Origin: Deltaproteobacteria bacterium
GTDB taxonomy: Bacteria; Desulfobacterota; Binatia; HRBIN30; CADEER01
DNA length: 64,000 nt
Reading direction: 5' to 3'
Assembly (NCBI GenBank): GCA_029262455.1
Contig: JAJCZJ010000105.1
Span: forward strand, 4,885-68,884
This document shows, one piece after another, positions 38,090 through 48,271 of this stretch (its first letter is position 1; each line of letters starts with the position of its first letter). Under the pieces are notes generated by a model. That model was not told the origin of the DNA. It saw nothing but the letters and a program-made list of their open reading frames with translations, and did not search any database. Position numbers and translations under genes: made by a program.

Positions 38090-38608
38090 ATGAGAATTTT
38101 GCTTATGGCCGTTGTGGCGGCTGTCTTGATCGGTGCTCCGGCGGCGGAAGTTTCAGCCCAAGACATCCGGGTTGGGACGATCAACTTGCAGCGCGCGCTC
38201 AACGAATCGAGCGCCGGCAAGGCTGCCAAGGTCAAGTTCAAGGAGCAGCTCGATCGGTTGCAGCGCGACCTCGAACGCCAGAAGAGTGAGGTTGATGCTC
38301 TCAAGGACCAGCTGGCGAAAAAGGCCCTGGTGATGAAGGCAGATGAGCGCCGCAACCTGGAGATGGACTACCAGCGCAAGGCACGAGAATTCGAAAGAGC
38401 CTACGAAGACTCGCAGGGCGAGTTGCAGCTGAAGGATTCAGAGATGACTCGCGACCTGTTGAAGGAGTTACAGCAGGTGATCCAGGAGTACGGCCGGCGC
38501 GGTGGCTACACCGTGATCCTCGAGCAGGCCGGCGGTGCGTTGTTGTACGGCGCCGCGCATATCGACGTCACCGACGCGATCATCGCCGAGTTCAACCAGA
38601 AGCGCTAG
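38090..38608 (+). CDS. skp: Periplasmic chaperone Skp/OmpH
   Basis: Signal peptide, coiled-coil body, IDVTDAII C-terminus; follows bamA. Confidence 0.92.
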   Translation: MRILLMAVVAAVLIGAPAAEVSAQDIRVGTINLQRALNESSAGKAAKVKFKEQLDRLQRDLERQKSEVDALKDQLAKKALVMKADERRNLEMDYQRKAREFERAYEDSQGELQLKDSEMTRDLLKELQQVIQEYGRRGGYTVILEQAGGALLYGAAHIDVTDAIIAEFNQKR

Positions 38609-38621
38609 GCGGGCATCGGGC

Positions 38622-39401
38622 GTGAGTCAGCGGATACATCCCAGCGCACTAGTCGACGCTGGGGCCGAACTCGGACCGGATGTCGAGGTCGGCCCTTTTG
38701 CGATCATTGGTGAGGGCGTTGAGATCGGTGCTCGCTGCGTCGTCGGCGCGCATGCGGTGGTCCTGGGACGTACCTCGCTCGGTGAGGACAATGTGGTCTT
38801 TCACCACGCATCCCTGGGCGCGCCGCCGCAGGACTTGAAGTTTCACGGCGAGCCGAGTCAGTTGGTGATCGGTGATCGCAACCAAATCAGAGAGTTCGCG
38901 ACGCTTCATCTTGGCACCGAGAGTGGTGGCATGGTGACCCGTGTCGGTGACGACAACATGCTGATGAACTACACGCACGTTGCCCACGATTGTGTGCTCG
39001 GCAATCGCAATGTGTTGGCCAACGGTGTGCAGCTAGGTGGTCACGTCACATTGCAAGATTGGATCGTTGTCGGGGCGCTGAGTGGTATTCACCAATTCGT
39101 TCGCATCGGCGAGTCGGCGATGATTGGGGCCGGTTCGATGGTGTCTCTCGATGTGGTTCCGTTTTGCAATGCGACAGGGGATCGCGCCGAAGTGCGTGGC
39201 CTCAACGTGGTAGGATTGAAGCGACGAGGCCTTTCGACGGAGGTCCGGTCTCGGGTCAAGTCGGCGTACAAGGCGTTGTTTCAGTCTGGCTTGAAGGCTG
39301 TCGATGCGGTCGCCCAGCTTCGAGCGGAGACTCCGGCGATTGACGAGATTGACGCGATGTTGCGTTTCGTTGAGTCGTCCGAGCGTGGCATTTGCCGTTG
39401 A
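38622..39401 (+). CDS. lpxA: UDP-N-acetylglucosamine acyltransferase
   Basis: IHPSALV hexapeptide repeats, PQDLKF, HVAHDC, HQFVRIG, GLNVVGLKRRG. Confidence 0.96.
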   Translation: MSQRIHPSALVDAGAELGPDVEVGPFAIIGEGVEIGARCVVGAHAVVLGRTSLGEDNVVFHHASLGAPPQDLKFHGEPSQLVIGDRNQIREFATLHLGTESGGMVTRVGDDNMLMNYTHVAHDCVLGNRNVLANGVQLGGHVTLQDWIVVGALSGIHQFVRIGESAMIGAGSMVSLDVVPFCNATGDRAEVRGLNVVGLKRRGLSTEVRSRVKSAYKALFQSGLKAVDAVAQLRAETPAIDEIDAMLRFVESSERGICR

Positions 39402-39422
39402 TTGTCGCGGGAGCGTGATTGA

Positions 39423-40241
39423 TTGCCGCAACCAGGGGAAACGATTGGGCTGATCGCGGGAAACGGTCAGTTCCCGAAGCTGTTCGCCGAAACAGCTCGA
39501 GCCGCTGGGTTGCGTGTGGTGGCTGTCGCGCACGAGGGCGAATGCCTGCCGGGATTCGAGCCCTTCGTCGAGCATGTCACTTGGATCAAGGTCGGCCAGA
39601 TCAACACCATGTTCGAAGTGTTTCGTCGCCATGGAGTCCGGCGCGCCGTCATGGCGGGAGGGATCGACAAGGCCAGCCTGATGGAACACTTTGCCCCGGA
39701 CGAACGCGGAGTCCGACTGTTGGAGCGGCTCACACAGTGGAGCGATGATGCGCTGCTGCGCGAGCTCGCCGCAGATCTCGAGAGCGAAGGCATCGAGATC
39801 GTCGAGTCGACGCTGTTTCTGGACTCGATTTTGACCCGCGAGGGTACATTCACAAAGGCCGAGCCGGATGAAGCTCAGTGGGGAGACGTCCGATTTGGGA
39901 TGGAAGTGCTGCGCTCGATTGGTCGTTTTGACATCGGTCAGACACTGGTCGTCAAGTCGGGAATCGTCCTGGCAGTGGAGGCGATCGAGGGGACCGATGC
40001 AGCTCTTCGCCGCGGTGGCGAGCTCGGTCGGGGTGGTGCAGTGGCGGTCAAAGCGAGCAAGTCGACGCAGGACCTGCGGTTTGATGTTCCGGCGGTCGGG
40101 TTGGAGACGATCGCGGTTTGTCGCGAGTCTGGCGTCGCCGTGCTGGCTCTCGAGGCCGGCAAGACTCTGATGTTCGACCGTGAACAAGTGATCGATGCGG
40201 CCAATGATTGTGACATCGCGGTCGTTGGCGTCGGTCTGTAG
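39423..40241 (+). CDS. lpxI: UDP-2,3-diacylglucosamine diphosphatase LpxI
   Basis: IGLIAGNGQFP, DIGQ, AVEAIEGTD, QDLRFDVPAVG. Confidence 0.93.
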   Translation: MPQPGETIGLIAGNGQFPKLFAETARAAGLRVVAVAHEGECLPGFEPFVEHVTWIKVGQINTMFEVFRRHGVRRAVMAGGIDKASLMEHFAPDERGVRLLERLTQWSDDALLRELAADLESEGIEIVESTLFLDSILTREGTFTKAEPDEAQWGDVRFGMEVLRSIGRFDIGQTLVVKSGIVLAVEAIEGTDAALRRGGELGRGGAVAVKASKSTQDLRFDVPAVGLETIAVCRESGVAVLALEAGKTLMFDREQVIDAANDCDIAVVGVGL

Positions 40242-41191
40242 TGGCGGCGATGGCGGATCGGGTACGAGCGGCGGTCGTCGGGGTAGGCTATCTGGGAGCG
40301 TTCCACGCCCAAAAGTATGCCAGCCTCGATGGAGTCGATCTGGTGGCTGTGGTCGACTCGGATCTGGATCGGGCCCAGAAGGTTGCGCGTGATGTGGGAA
40401 CGGTTGCGTTTCCGACGGTCTCATCACTGCGCGGCAAAGTTGATTGTGTCAGCTTGGCAGTTCCGACCACCGCCCATCACGCGATTGGGATCGAGCTGCT
40501 CGCCGCCGGCATCGACCTATTGGTCGAGAAGCCGATTACCCCGACCGCCGCGGAGGGTCGAGCCCTGGTGGAGTTGGCGGAGCAGCGTGGTTTGATCTTG
40601 CAGGTCGGGCACCTCGAACGCTTCAACCCAGCGATTCGCTCATTGTCTGGCGTGATCTCGCAGCCGCGCTTCATCGAATGTCACCGGTTGGCGCCTTTCG
40701 TTCAACGCGGAACGGAAGTCGATGTAATCCTCGACCTGATGATTCACGATCTCGACATCATTCTAAGTGTCGTCGATAGCGATGTCGTGTCGACCGAGAC
40801 AGTCGGGGTACCGGTGATTTCGGAGGAAGTGGACATCGCCAACGCCCGTCTGCGGTTTGCTTGCGGGACGATCGCCAATGTCACTGCGAGCCGTGTCGCC
40901 CTCAAGAAGGAACGCAAGATTCGTTTTTTCCAGTCAGACACCTACGTTTCGGTCGACTATGGTGAGCGCCAGATTAGGATCTGTCGGCGCAAGGCGTCCG
41001 GCGCACCCGGCGCGCTCCCTGAAATTGATATCGAAGAGACCAATTTCGGGGATGCGGATCCGCTCTTCGATGAGGTTGAGGCGTTTGTCGGAGCCGTGCG
41101 GAGTCGGGAGAAGCCGCTCGTGGATGGTGCCACGGCGGTGCGAGTCCTCGAATTGGCCGAGCGGCTGCGCAACGGCATGGAGACTGAATGA
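40241..41191 (+). CDS. Gfo/Idh/MocA oxidoreductase, probable UDP-GlcNAc 3-dehydrogenase (GnnA-like)
   Basis: VVGVGYLG, LVEKP, GHLERFNP, DVILDLMIHDLD; located between lpxI and lpxB. Confidence 0.8.
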   Translation: MAAMADRVRAAVVGVGYLGAFHAQKYASLDGVDLVAVVDSDLDRAQKVARDVGTVAFPTVSSLRGKVDCVSLAVPTTAHHAIGIELLAAGIDLLVEKPITPTAAEGRALVELAEQRGLILQVGHLERFNPAIRSLSGVISQPRFIECHRLAPFVQRGTEVDVILDLMIHDLDIILSVVDSDVVSTETVGVPVISEEVDIANARLRFACGTIANVTASRVALKKERKIRFFQSDTYVSVDYGERQIRICRRKASGAPGALPEIDIEETNFGDADPLFDEVEAFVGAVRSREKPLVDGATAVRVLELAERLRNGMETE

Positions 41192-42312
41192 CACGGCCTC
41201 TGCGTGTCATGCTGGTTGCCGGTGAGGCTTCTGGCGATTTGCACGCTGCAGCCTTGGTTCGCGAGTTGAAGGCGCGGCGAGAGGATGTCGAAGTATGGGG
41301 TCTCGGCGGTGCGCGGCTGCGTGCGGTCGGGATGCGCACTGTTTTTGATAGTGAACACGCCGCGACCATGGGGTTTGTGGAAACCTTTGGCCAGATCGGG
41401 CGTCACCTTCGAATGTTCCGCCGTTTAGTCACCGAGATGCGCGAGCAGCGGCCCGACTTGGTGATCTTGGTAGACTATCCGGAGTTCAATATGTTGCTCG
41501 CCTCTCGCGCTAAGAAGATGGGAATCCCGGTCTTCTATTTTATCGCGCCGCAGGTGTGGGCGTGGCGCAAGGGGCGGGTCGAGAAGATTCGCCAGCGGGT
41601 AGACAAACTTGGCGTTGTATTTCCGTTCGAGGCTGACCTCTACAATCGCGGCGGCGATGAATTGGCCGTATTCCTCGGTCACCCGCTGCTCGATGTCGTG
41701 CACACGACGCGCGATCGTGCCGCGACGCGGAGTCGGTACGGGCTCGACGAGTCTCGCCAGGTACTGGCGCTCTTGCCCGGGAGCCGCCGCAAGGAAGTGG
41801 ATCTAATCGGGCCGGAAATGATCGCCGGTGCCAACCTGTTGGTCGAAGAGGGGTGGCAGCCGGCGCTGGCCCTCGCGCCGGGCATCGACGACGAACAGGT
41901 CCGGGTGCTGCGGGCAGCGTGTCCGGGGCTAGTGGTCGTCGAGGATGATACGTACAACTTGATAGGCTGCGCCGATGCGGCGGTGGTTGCGTCGGGTACT
42001 GCGACGGTCGAGACGGCGATGCTGGGATGTCCGATGGTCATCGTGTACCGGATGGCGCCCGTGTCGTACTGGTTGGCCAAGCGCTTGGTGACTGTGGAGC
42101 AGATCGGCATGCCGAACATCATTTTAGGTAAATCAGTGTTCCCAGAACTCGTGCAGGACGACGTGACCCCACAGGCGATCGCTGAATCTGTGCGGTCGCT
42201 GGCGGAGCGGGCGCCTGAGATGAAAGCGGCCCTCGCTGAGCTTCGCGCGGCGTTGGGCGAGCCCGGCGCCGCCGGCCGCGCCGCCGAGGTGGCCCTGGAG
42301 TTGGTGCAGTGA
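41188..42312 (+). CDS. lpxB: Lipid A disaccharide synthase
   Basis: AGEASGD, DYPEFN, PQVWAWR, FPFE, GHPL, LPGSR, SGTAT. Confidence 0.96.
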   Translation: MTRPLRVMLVAGEASGDLHAAALVRELKARREDVEVWGLGGARLRAVGMRTVFDSEHAATMGFVETFGQIGRHLRMFRRLVTEMREQRPDLVILVDYPEFNMLLASRAKKMGIPVFYFIAPQVWAWRKGRVEKIRQRVDKLGVVFPFEADLYNRGGDELAVFLGHPLLDVVHTTRDRAATRSRYGLDESRQVLALLPGSRRKEVDLIGPEMIAGANLLVEEGWQPALALAPGIDDEQVRVLRAACPGLVVVEDDTYNLIGCADAAVVASGTATVETAMLGCPMVIVYRMAPVSYWLAKRLVTVEQIGMPNIILGKSVFPELVQDDVTPQAIAESVRSLAERAPEMKAALAELRAALGEPGAAGRAAEVALELVQ

Positions 42313-44048
42313 CCTCAAACTGGCGACGCTTGATGGGCTACTTGCGTCCTTACGTCTGGCCGCACTTTGTCGGTGCGATCTTCTGCATGGTCTTCTTCGG
42401 CGCGACCAATGGAGTCATGCCGTTTCTGGTTCAATTCATCTTTGACGACATCTTCGACAACAAAGACGTCGAAGTACTGTGGGCTCTGCCGTTCGTCATC
42501 ATCGCCACGTTTCTGGTGCGCGGAATTTTCGCGTTTGGCAGTACGTATCTGAGCGAGTACGTCGGTCAGCGCATCGTCGCCGATCTCCGCAGCGAGCTCA
42601 ACGCCCACATCCAGAGCCTGTCGCAGAGCTATTTTGATCGCAACGCCACGGGCACGGTCGTGTCGAGGGTCGCCAATGACGTGTTCGTCGTCGGTGCTTC
42701 GTTGACCACGACGGTCGCGTCGATCCTGCGCGATACGGTTTCGCTCGTGGCCCTGGTCGCGGTGGCGTTTTACCAAGACTGGGTTCTTGCACTGATCGCG
42801 TTTGTCGCCTTTCCGGCGTCGGTCGGGCCGATCCTCGGGATGTCGAAAAGGCTGCGTGGTTTCGCCCGCAATGTCCAAGTATCTCTTGGGCGCCTGACGG
42901 CGTTGGTGCAGGAAACGGTGCAGGGGGGCCGCGTCGTCAAAGCGTTCGGCATGGAGCCATATGAGCGACGCCGCTTTGATGAGGAGACGGAGAGCTTGCG
43001 CGTCCTGGCGATGCGGGTGGTGAAAATCCGCGCCTTCACGTCTCCGATGATGGAGGTTTTGGCTGCGTTTGGGATCGCCGGTGTGGTCCTCTACGGTGGG
43101 CTGAGTGTCATCGAAGGTGAACGCACCCAGGGCGCGTTCATCGCCTTCTTGACCGCAATCTTCCTGCTCTACGATCCGTTCAAGAAGCTCGGCCGAGCCA
43201 ATAGCACTCTGCAGCAGGGGTTGGCGGCCGCGGACCGGGTCTTCGAGCTCCTCGATACGCGATCGGAAGTAGTCGAAAGCCCGGATGCGAGGGTGTTGGG
43301 GCCTTTCGAGAGTGAGATAGCCTTTGACCGCGTTGGCTTTCGCTATGACGCCGATCTCGTGCTCAACGACGTCTGCTTGAACATTCCGCGCGGTAGCGCG
43401 GTCGCTCTGGTCGGGCCCAGCGGCGGCGGCAAGAGCACTCTGGCTGATCTCTTGCTCCGCTTTTACGATGTTTCCGAAGGTGCGATCCGGATCGATGGGC
43501 ATGACCTGCGGGAAATTACCCAGGCCAGTCTGCGCTCTCAGATCGCTTTGGTGACCCAGCACACGTTTCTCTTCAACGACACAGTGCGCAACAACATCGG
43601 CTACGGTTTGGCTGGTACCAGCGAGGAGGCGATCGTTGCTGCCGCTCGTGCGGCCCACGCGGACCAGTTTATCCGCGAACTGCCGAAGGGGTATGATACC
43701 GAGATCGGTGAGCTCGGGCTGCGCCTGTCCGGCGGGCAGCGCCAACGCGTGGCGATTGCGCGAGCTTTGCTCAAGGACGCACCGATCCTGGTATTGGACG
43801 AAGCGACTTCGGCCCTCGACAACGAGTCCGAACGGTTGGTGCAAGAGGCTCTGGAAGTCTTGATGCGAGGCCGAACGAGCCTGGTGATTGCGCATCGACT
43901 TTCGACGATTCGGTCGGCGGACAAGATCGTCGTCTTGGTCCATGGTCAGATCATCGAGCAGGGGACTCACGAAGAATTATTGGCTCTCGATGCCGAGTAC
44001 CGCAAACTCTACGATTTGCAGTTCGCCGGTCGGTCGGGGGCTGCGTGA
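42309..44048 (+). CDS. msbA: Lipid A flippase MsbA-type ABC transporter
   Basis: TM domain plus GPSGGGKST, LSGGQRQR, LDEATSALD; lies in the lipid A operon. Confidence 0.88.
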   Translation: MTSNWRRLMGYLRPYVWPHFVGAIFCMVFFGATNGVMPFLVQFIFDDIFDNKDVEVLWALPFVIIATFLVRGIFAFGSTYLSEYVGQRIVADLRSELNAHIQSLSQSYFDRNATGTVVSRVANDVFVVGASLTTTVASILRDTVSLVALVAVAFYQDWVLALIAFVAFPASVGPILGMSKRLRGFARNVQVSLGRLTALVQETVQGGRVVKAFGMEPYERRRFDEETESLRVLAMRVVKIRAFTSPMMEVLAAFGIAGVVLYGGLSVIEGERTQGAFIAFLTAIFLLYDPFKKLGRANSTLQQGLAAADRVFELLDTRSEVVESPDARVLGPFESEIAFDRVGFRYDADLVLNDVCLNIPRGSAVALVGPSGGGKSTLADLLLRFYDVSEGAIRIDGHDLREITQASLRSQIALVTQHTFLFNDTVRNNIGYGLAGTSEEAIVAAARAAHADQFIRELPKGYDTEIGELGLRLSGGQRQRVAIARALLKDAPILVLDEATSALDNESERLVQEALEVLMRGRTSLVIAHRLSTIRSADKIVVLVHGQIIEQGTHEELLALDAEYRKLYDLQFAGRSGAA

Positions 44049-44773
44049 GTGCTTCCGAGTCGCGTCCGGGTGGGTTGCGGTCGTCGCTGAGGCAGGCTTT
44101 GGCGGGGCTAGCACCGCCGGTGGCAACCGCAGTTCTGGGGTTGCTCAACTCGACCTATCGAGTCGAATTCGTTGGCGATGAACCGTTGATGAAGAGCGTC
44201 GCCGGTGGCGAGAGCGTTCTGATGTCTTTTTGGCATGGTAGCCTGGTTGCGATGGCGGTTGCGGCGCGCGCCAAGGGGATCCCGATCTGCATCTTGGTGA
44301 GCCAGCATCGCGATGGGGAAATTGCGTCACGGGTGTTGCGCAGGTGGGGCATCGATACGGTTCGGGGATCGGCGACGCGGGGCGGTGCTCAGGGCTTTCT
44401 CAGCTTGCTGCGCGCACACAGGCGCGGTTCGAACTTGGCGGTGGTTCCCGACGGCCCCAAGGGTCCGCCCAAAATTGCGAAGCTTGGTGTGGTGCACCTG
44501 GCGCGGACGACGGGGGCCCGGATGTTTCCACTCGCCTTCGAGGCGGATCGATTTTGGCGCCTGGGGAGTTGGGATCGCATGGTCGTGCCGAAGCCGTTTG
44601 CACGCATCACGATCGTCGTGGGCGACCCGATCACGGTGGCCCGCGACACGGCTGGCGAGGATCTCGAAACCGCCCGGTTGCGAATCGAAGCAAGCCTCAA
44701 CGACCTGGCGGCTGGAGTCGCGCGGCATCGGGATCTATTGGGCGCTGCGGAGCGGCCGGGGACTGAGGCGTGA
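44045..44773 (+). CDS. DUF374 lysophospholipid acyltransferase family protein (candidate lipid A secondary acyltransferase)
   Basis: FWHG, SQHRDGE, VRGS..RGG, PDGPKGP, SWDRM.VPKPF. Confidence 0.85.
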   Translation: MSASESRPGGLRSSLRQALAGLAPPVATAVLGLLNSTYRVEFVGDEPLMKSVAGGESVLMSFWHGSLVAMAVAARAKGIPICILVSQHRDGEIASRVLRRWGIDTVRGSATRGGAQGFLSLLRAHRRGSNLAVVPDGPKGPPKIAKLGVVHLARTTGARMFPLAFEADRFWRLGSWDRMVVPKPFARITIVVGDPITVARDTAGEDLETARLRIEASLNDLAAGVARHRDLLGAAERPGTEA

Positions 44774-46038
44774 GCGAACGACTTGCCTATGCGGGGTACG
44801 ATGCGTTGGGTTTGGTGCTTGCCGCGCTGGCAGTACCAGCCGCGCCGCTGCTTTGGTACCGCGGACTGACGGCAGGAGCATGCCAGCGCCTGGGGAGGGT
44901 GCCCGCGCCCGCCCAAGGTTTCGCGCAACGGCCGATTTGGTTGCACGCTGCCTCGGTCGGGGAAACTCTATCGGCCGTACCGCTTGTCGAAGCCCTACGC
45001 CGTTCTTGCGACTTGCCCCTCATCGTTTCCAATACGACGCTGACCGGGCGCGCGGTTGCGCGTCGCGAGCTATTGCCGGAAGTTTCGACGCTGCTTCCGA
45101 TCGATCCTCTGCGGATCGTGGATCGCGTCTTCCGACGCTTCCGTCCCAGGGTTTTGGTGATTGTAGAGACCGAGATATGGCCGGGTTTGTTGCGCGCCGC
45201 GCGCCGCAGCGGCACGGCGATTGTCGTGGTGAGCGGCCGGATGAGCGAACAGTCGCTGCGCCGCTACCAGTGGGCGAGCTCGCTGATTCGGGTTGCGCTG
45301 CGCGAGATCGATGCGTTCTGCATGCAGAGCGAAGCGGATGCGGACCGTGTTCGCCGGCTTGGTGCCTTGCCGGAACGAGTTTTTGTGACCGGCAGTCTCA
45401 AGGCTGTGCGTGCGGCCAATAAGGAGTGTCAGAAACAGGTCGGGTTTGGCGGTCGCCCTTACCTTGTCGCGGCCAGTACACACCCCGGAGAAGAGGCGTT
45501 GGTCCTCGCGGCGTGTCTCAGCATTTGGGAGCAGGGCGTGGAGTGCGTTCTAGTGCTCGCTCCGAGACGACCCGAGCGGTTCCCCGAAGTGGTTCGGATG
45601 CTCGAAGATTCCGGTCTGCGTTTCCAACGGCGCAGTGGCAGAGACGCAGACGTTGCTGCCGATACCAAGGTTCTGTTGGTCGATACCCTGGGTGAGCTGG
45701 CCAGCTTTTTCGGCGGTGCGACCGGAGTTTTCGTCGGTGGCTCAATCGCGGAGGTCGGTGGTCACAATGTACTGGAGCCGGCGATGGCTGGGGTCGCCGT
45801 CAGCTTTGGGCCGAACCTAGCCAACGTACGCGCCGAAGCGGATGCCCTGATGACTGCTGGCGGAGGTTTGCGGATCGGCTCAGCGACTGAACTGGCGGCG
45901 CACTGGTCCAAATTGATCACCGATCCGTCCGCAGCGGAAGCGACGGGAAAGCGGGCGGCAGCGGTAGCCGAGGATCGAGCGAATGCGTTGCCACGCACGC
46001 TGGAGCACGTCTTGCCCCTCGTCGAAGACGGCTCGTGA
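44770..46038 (+). CDS. waaA: Kdo transferase
   Basis: IWLHAASVGE, ETEIWP, AASTHPGEE, APRRPERF, GGHNVLEPA. Confidence 0.95.
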   Translation: MSERLAYAGYDALGLVLAALAVPAAPLLWYRGLTAGACQRLGRVPAPAQGFAQRPIWLHAASVGETLSAVPLVEALRRSCDLPLIVSNTTLTGRAVARRELLPEVSTLLPIDPLRIVDRVFRRFRPRVLVIVETEIWPGLLRAARRSGTAIVVVSGRMSEQSLRRYQWASSLIRVALREIDAFCMQSEADADRVRRLGALPERVFVTGSLKAVRAANKECQKQVGFGGRPYLVAASTHPGEEALVLAACLSIWEQGVECVLVLAPRRPERFPEVVRMLEDSGLRFQRRSGRDADVAADTKVLLVDTLGELASFFGGATGVFVGGSIAEVGGHNVLEPAMAGVAVSFGPNLANVRAEADALMTAGGGLRIGSATELAAHWSKLITDPSAAEATGKRAAAVAEDRANALPRTLEHVLPLVEDGS

Positions 46039-47150
46039 GTGCATCGGACTTCGTACGGGACCGGGCTTGGAAACGCTCCGATCCGGCTGGGCGGATCGTA
46101 GCGCTCCTGTTGCGGCCTCTGAGTTGGGTTTTTGGAGCGTTGATTGCGTTGCGATCCTTTGGCTTTCGGGTTGGCCTTCTGGCCAGTCATCCTGCTCCGA
46201 TCGCGGTCGTCAGTGTCGGAAACTTGAGTGTTGGAGGAACCGGCAAGACTCCCTTCGCTCTCTGGTTGGCGCGTCGGTTGCGCGATCGAGGACTTTCAAC
46301 CGCGATCGTTTCGCGAGGCTACCGGGGCAGCGCCAGGGGGGTCACGGTGGTATCGCACGGCGCCGGTGAAGTGCTTGCGGCCGAGTTGGTTGGTGACGAA
46401 CCCGCGATGATGGCGCGTAGTTTTGCCGGTGTCGTGGTGACCGCGGCGCGGCGGATCGACGGAGTTGCTGAAGCGGCGCGTCTCGGGTGTACGGTGGCGG
46501 TGCTCGACGACGGCTTTCAACACAGGAAATTGGCGCGCAACTTCGACATCGTGCTCTTCGACGGTAGCACCGGGCCGCTGTTGCCAGCGGGTCCGTTGCG
46601 CGAGGGGCCGTCGGCGTTGCGTCGGGCCGACGCAATCATTTTGACGCCCGCCGCAGACGGAGCGGCTGAGGCGCGGGTCCCTGCGGATGTGCCGGCGTTT
46701 CGAATGAAGCCCGAGGTCGTCGGGCTGGTGGAGTCGGTTGGCGGCGAATGGCAGTCCCGCACGACCGGGTGCTTGGCGGGTAAGAGAGTCGTTGCGATCG
46801 TCGGCATCGCCCATCCTGAGCGCTTCTATGAAACGATTCACGGTTGGGATGCAACGATCGAAGAAGTTTTCGAGTATCCGGATCACCACGAATACACGCG
46901 CTCGGATTGGCAGGAGATTTCGCGCCGCGGTCAGGCTTGCGATTTAATGGTCACGACGGAAAAAGACTTGGTTAAGCTGGAGAACTTCCCTTTTGCCCGA
47001 GGGATGTTGATGGCCTTGCGGATCGAACCGAGCGTCGATGGTGAAGAGCGCTTGTTTGAACTGATCTTGGCATCATTGCACGGGTCGCCTGTGGGTTCGT
47101 CGGGGAGTTCGTCAGAGGGCTCGTTTGAAGAGAGCGACGCCGCTGATTGA
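46035..47150 (+). CDS. lpxK: Tetraacyldisaccharide 4'-kinase
   Basis: VGNLSVGGTGKTP, SRGY, GDEP, LDDGFQH, LPAGPLRE, PDHH, TTEKD. Confidence 0.96.
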   Translation: MSASDFVRDRAWKRSDPAGRIVALLLRPLSWVFGALIALRSFGFRVGLLASHPAPIAVVSVGNLSVGGTGKTPFALWLARRLRDRGLSTAIVSRGYRGSARGVTVVSHGAGEVLAAELVGDEPAMMARSFAGVVVTAARRIDGVAEAARLGCTVAVLDDGFQHRKLARNFDIVLFDGSTGPLLPAGPLREGPSALRRADAIILTPAADGAAEARVPADVPAFRMKPEVVGLVESVGGEWQSRTTGCLAGKRVVAIVGIAHPERFYETIHGWDATIEEVFEYPDHHEYTRSDWQEISRRGQACDLMVTTEKDLVKLENFPFARGMLMALRIEPSVDGEERLFELILASLHGSPVGSSGSSSEGSFEESDAAD

Positions 47151-47203
47151 ACGTTGCAAGTCGTCGGACCCTCGGGTAGCCAGAGCAGTGGAAGGAGTAT
47201 GCC

Positions 47204-47377
47204 ATGCCGATCAGTGAAGATTTACTCGAGATCCTCGCCTGTCCCAAGTGTAAGGGCGATGTCGTTTTGACCGAGGCCGGTGACGGTCTGACCTGTGCGG
47301 CGTGCTCGCTGCGTTATCCGATCAAGGACGACATTCCCGTCATGTTGATTGATGAGGCGGAAAGTACCGCGTCCTGA
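47204..47377 (+). CDS. Trm112/YcaR family protein (57 aa, below the ORF-track cutoff)
   Basis: AAGGAG RBS; MPISEDLLEILACPKCKG...CAAC...YPIKDDIPVMLIDEA. Confidence 0.9.
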   Translation: MPISEDLLEILACPKCKGDVVLTEAGDGLTCAACSLRYPIKDDIPVMLIDEAESTAS

Positions 47378-47436
47378 TTTACGGCTCGGGGCTTGTCTCG
47401 CCCGCCTGAGAATGTCCGCGCCGATTTGGACCTCCC

Positions 47437-48171
47437 TTGACTCAAGTCGATCTCGATCCGTTCGAACAACGTCGTCGGGGGCTCTCGCAGTTCTTGGTCC
47501 GCAGTGACATCGCCGATGATTTAGTCGGGCTTCTTGGGCTCTGGGCGTCCCGAGATTTACCGGCGCCGCGCCCTCTCTTGGGAGGGCGCGGCGGAGTCGG
47601 CCTCTACGATGCCGGCGAGCTGCGCGACGTAGTTGTTCGTCCGAGTCGGCGCGGCGGCTTTGTGGCCCGATTCAATCGAGAATTCTACTTTGGTTTTCGA
47701 CCCCGCGCCTTTCGCGAGGTGCGGAGGACCGAAATCCTGCGTCGCCGCGGTGTCCCGACAGTTGAGATGCTCGGGGCAGCCGTGCATTGGTCAGGGCCGG
47801 GCTGCTACCGTTCGGCCGTGGCCAGCGCCTATGCGGTCGGGGCAGTCAATCTGTGGGAGTTCCTGCGCGCTGCGAGTCCGTTGGACCGCGTCTTGGCCTG
47901 CGAAATCGCGGCTCGGTCAACGCGCGTGTTGCACGATTCTGGCGGCGTGCATCCGGATCTGAATCTGAAAAACTACCTCGTACGCCGGCGGCAAGGTGAG
48001 TTGGAGGTGTTGATCATTGATTGCGACCGGATCGTATTGCGCCACGTCGAGGCACGAGACCGCCAACACGCCTTTGATCGGCTGTGTAGGTCGATACGTC
48101 GGTTGGACCCGACCTCGGCGGTTCTGTCGCTCGAATGCGTCGAGGCACTGCGGCGAGTAGCCACCAAGTGA
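47437..48171 (+). CDS. Kdo kinase (KdkA)/LPS kinase family protein
   Basis: GGRG, RRGG, RAFRE, LHDSGGVHPDLNLKN, IIDCDR, RLCRS. Confidence 0.75.
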   Translation: MTQVDLDPFEQRRRGLSQFLVRSDIADDLVGLLGLWASRDLPAPRPLLGGRGGVGLYDAGELRDVVVRPSRRGGFVARFNREFYFGFRPRAFREVRRTEILRRRGVPTVEMLGAAVHWSGPGCYRSAVASAYAVGAVNLWEFLRAASPLDRVLACEIAARSTRVLHDSGGVHPDLNLKNYLVRRRQGELEVLIIDCDRIVLRHVEARDRQHAFDRLCRSIRRLDPTSAVLSLECVEALRRVATK

Positions 48172-48271
48172 AGGTCCTGGCCCAATCGGCAAAGCGTCTG
48201 CTTTCCCTTCGAAGTGTCCAAGAATGCGGCAGGGAGGCTGAATCTCGGCGAAGTCGCTCGAGGCTGAGGCG

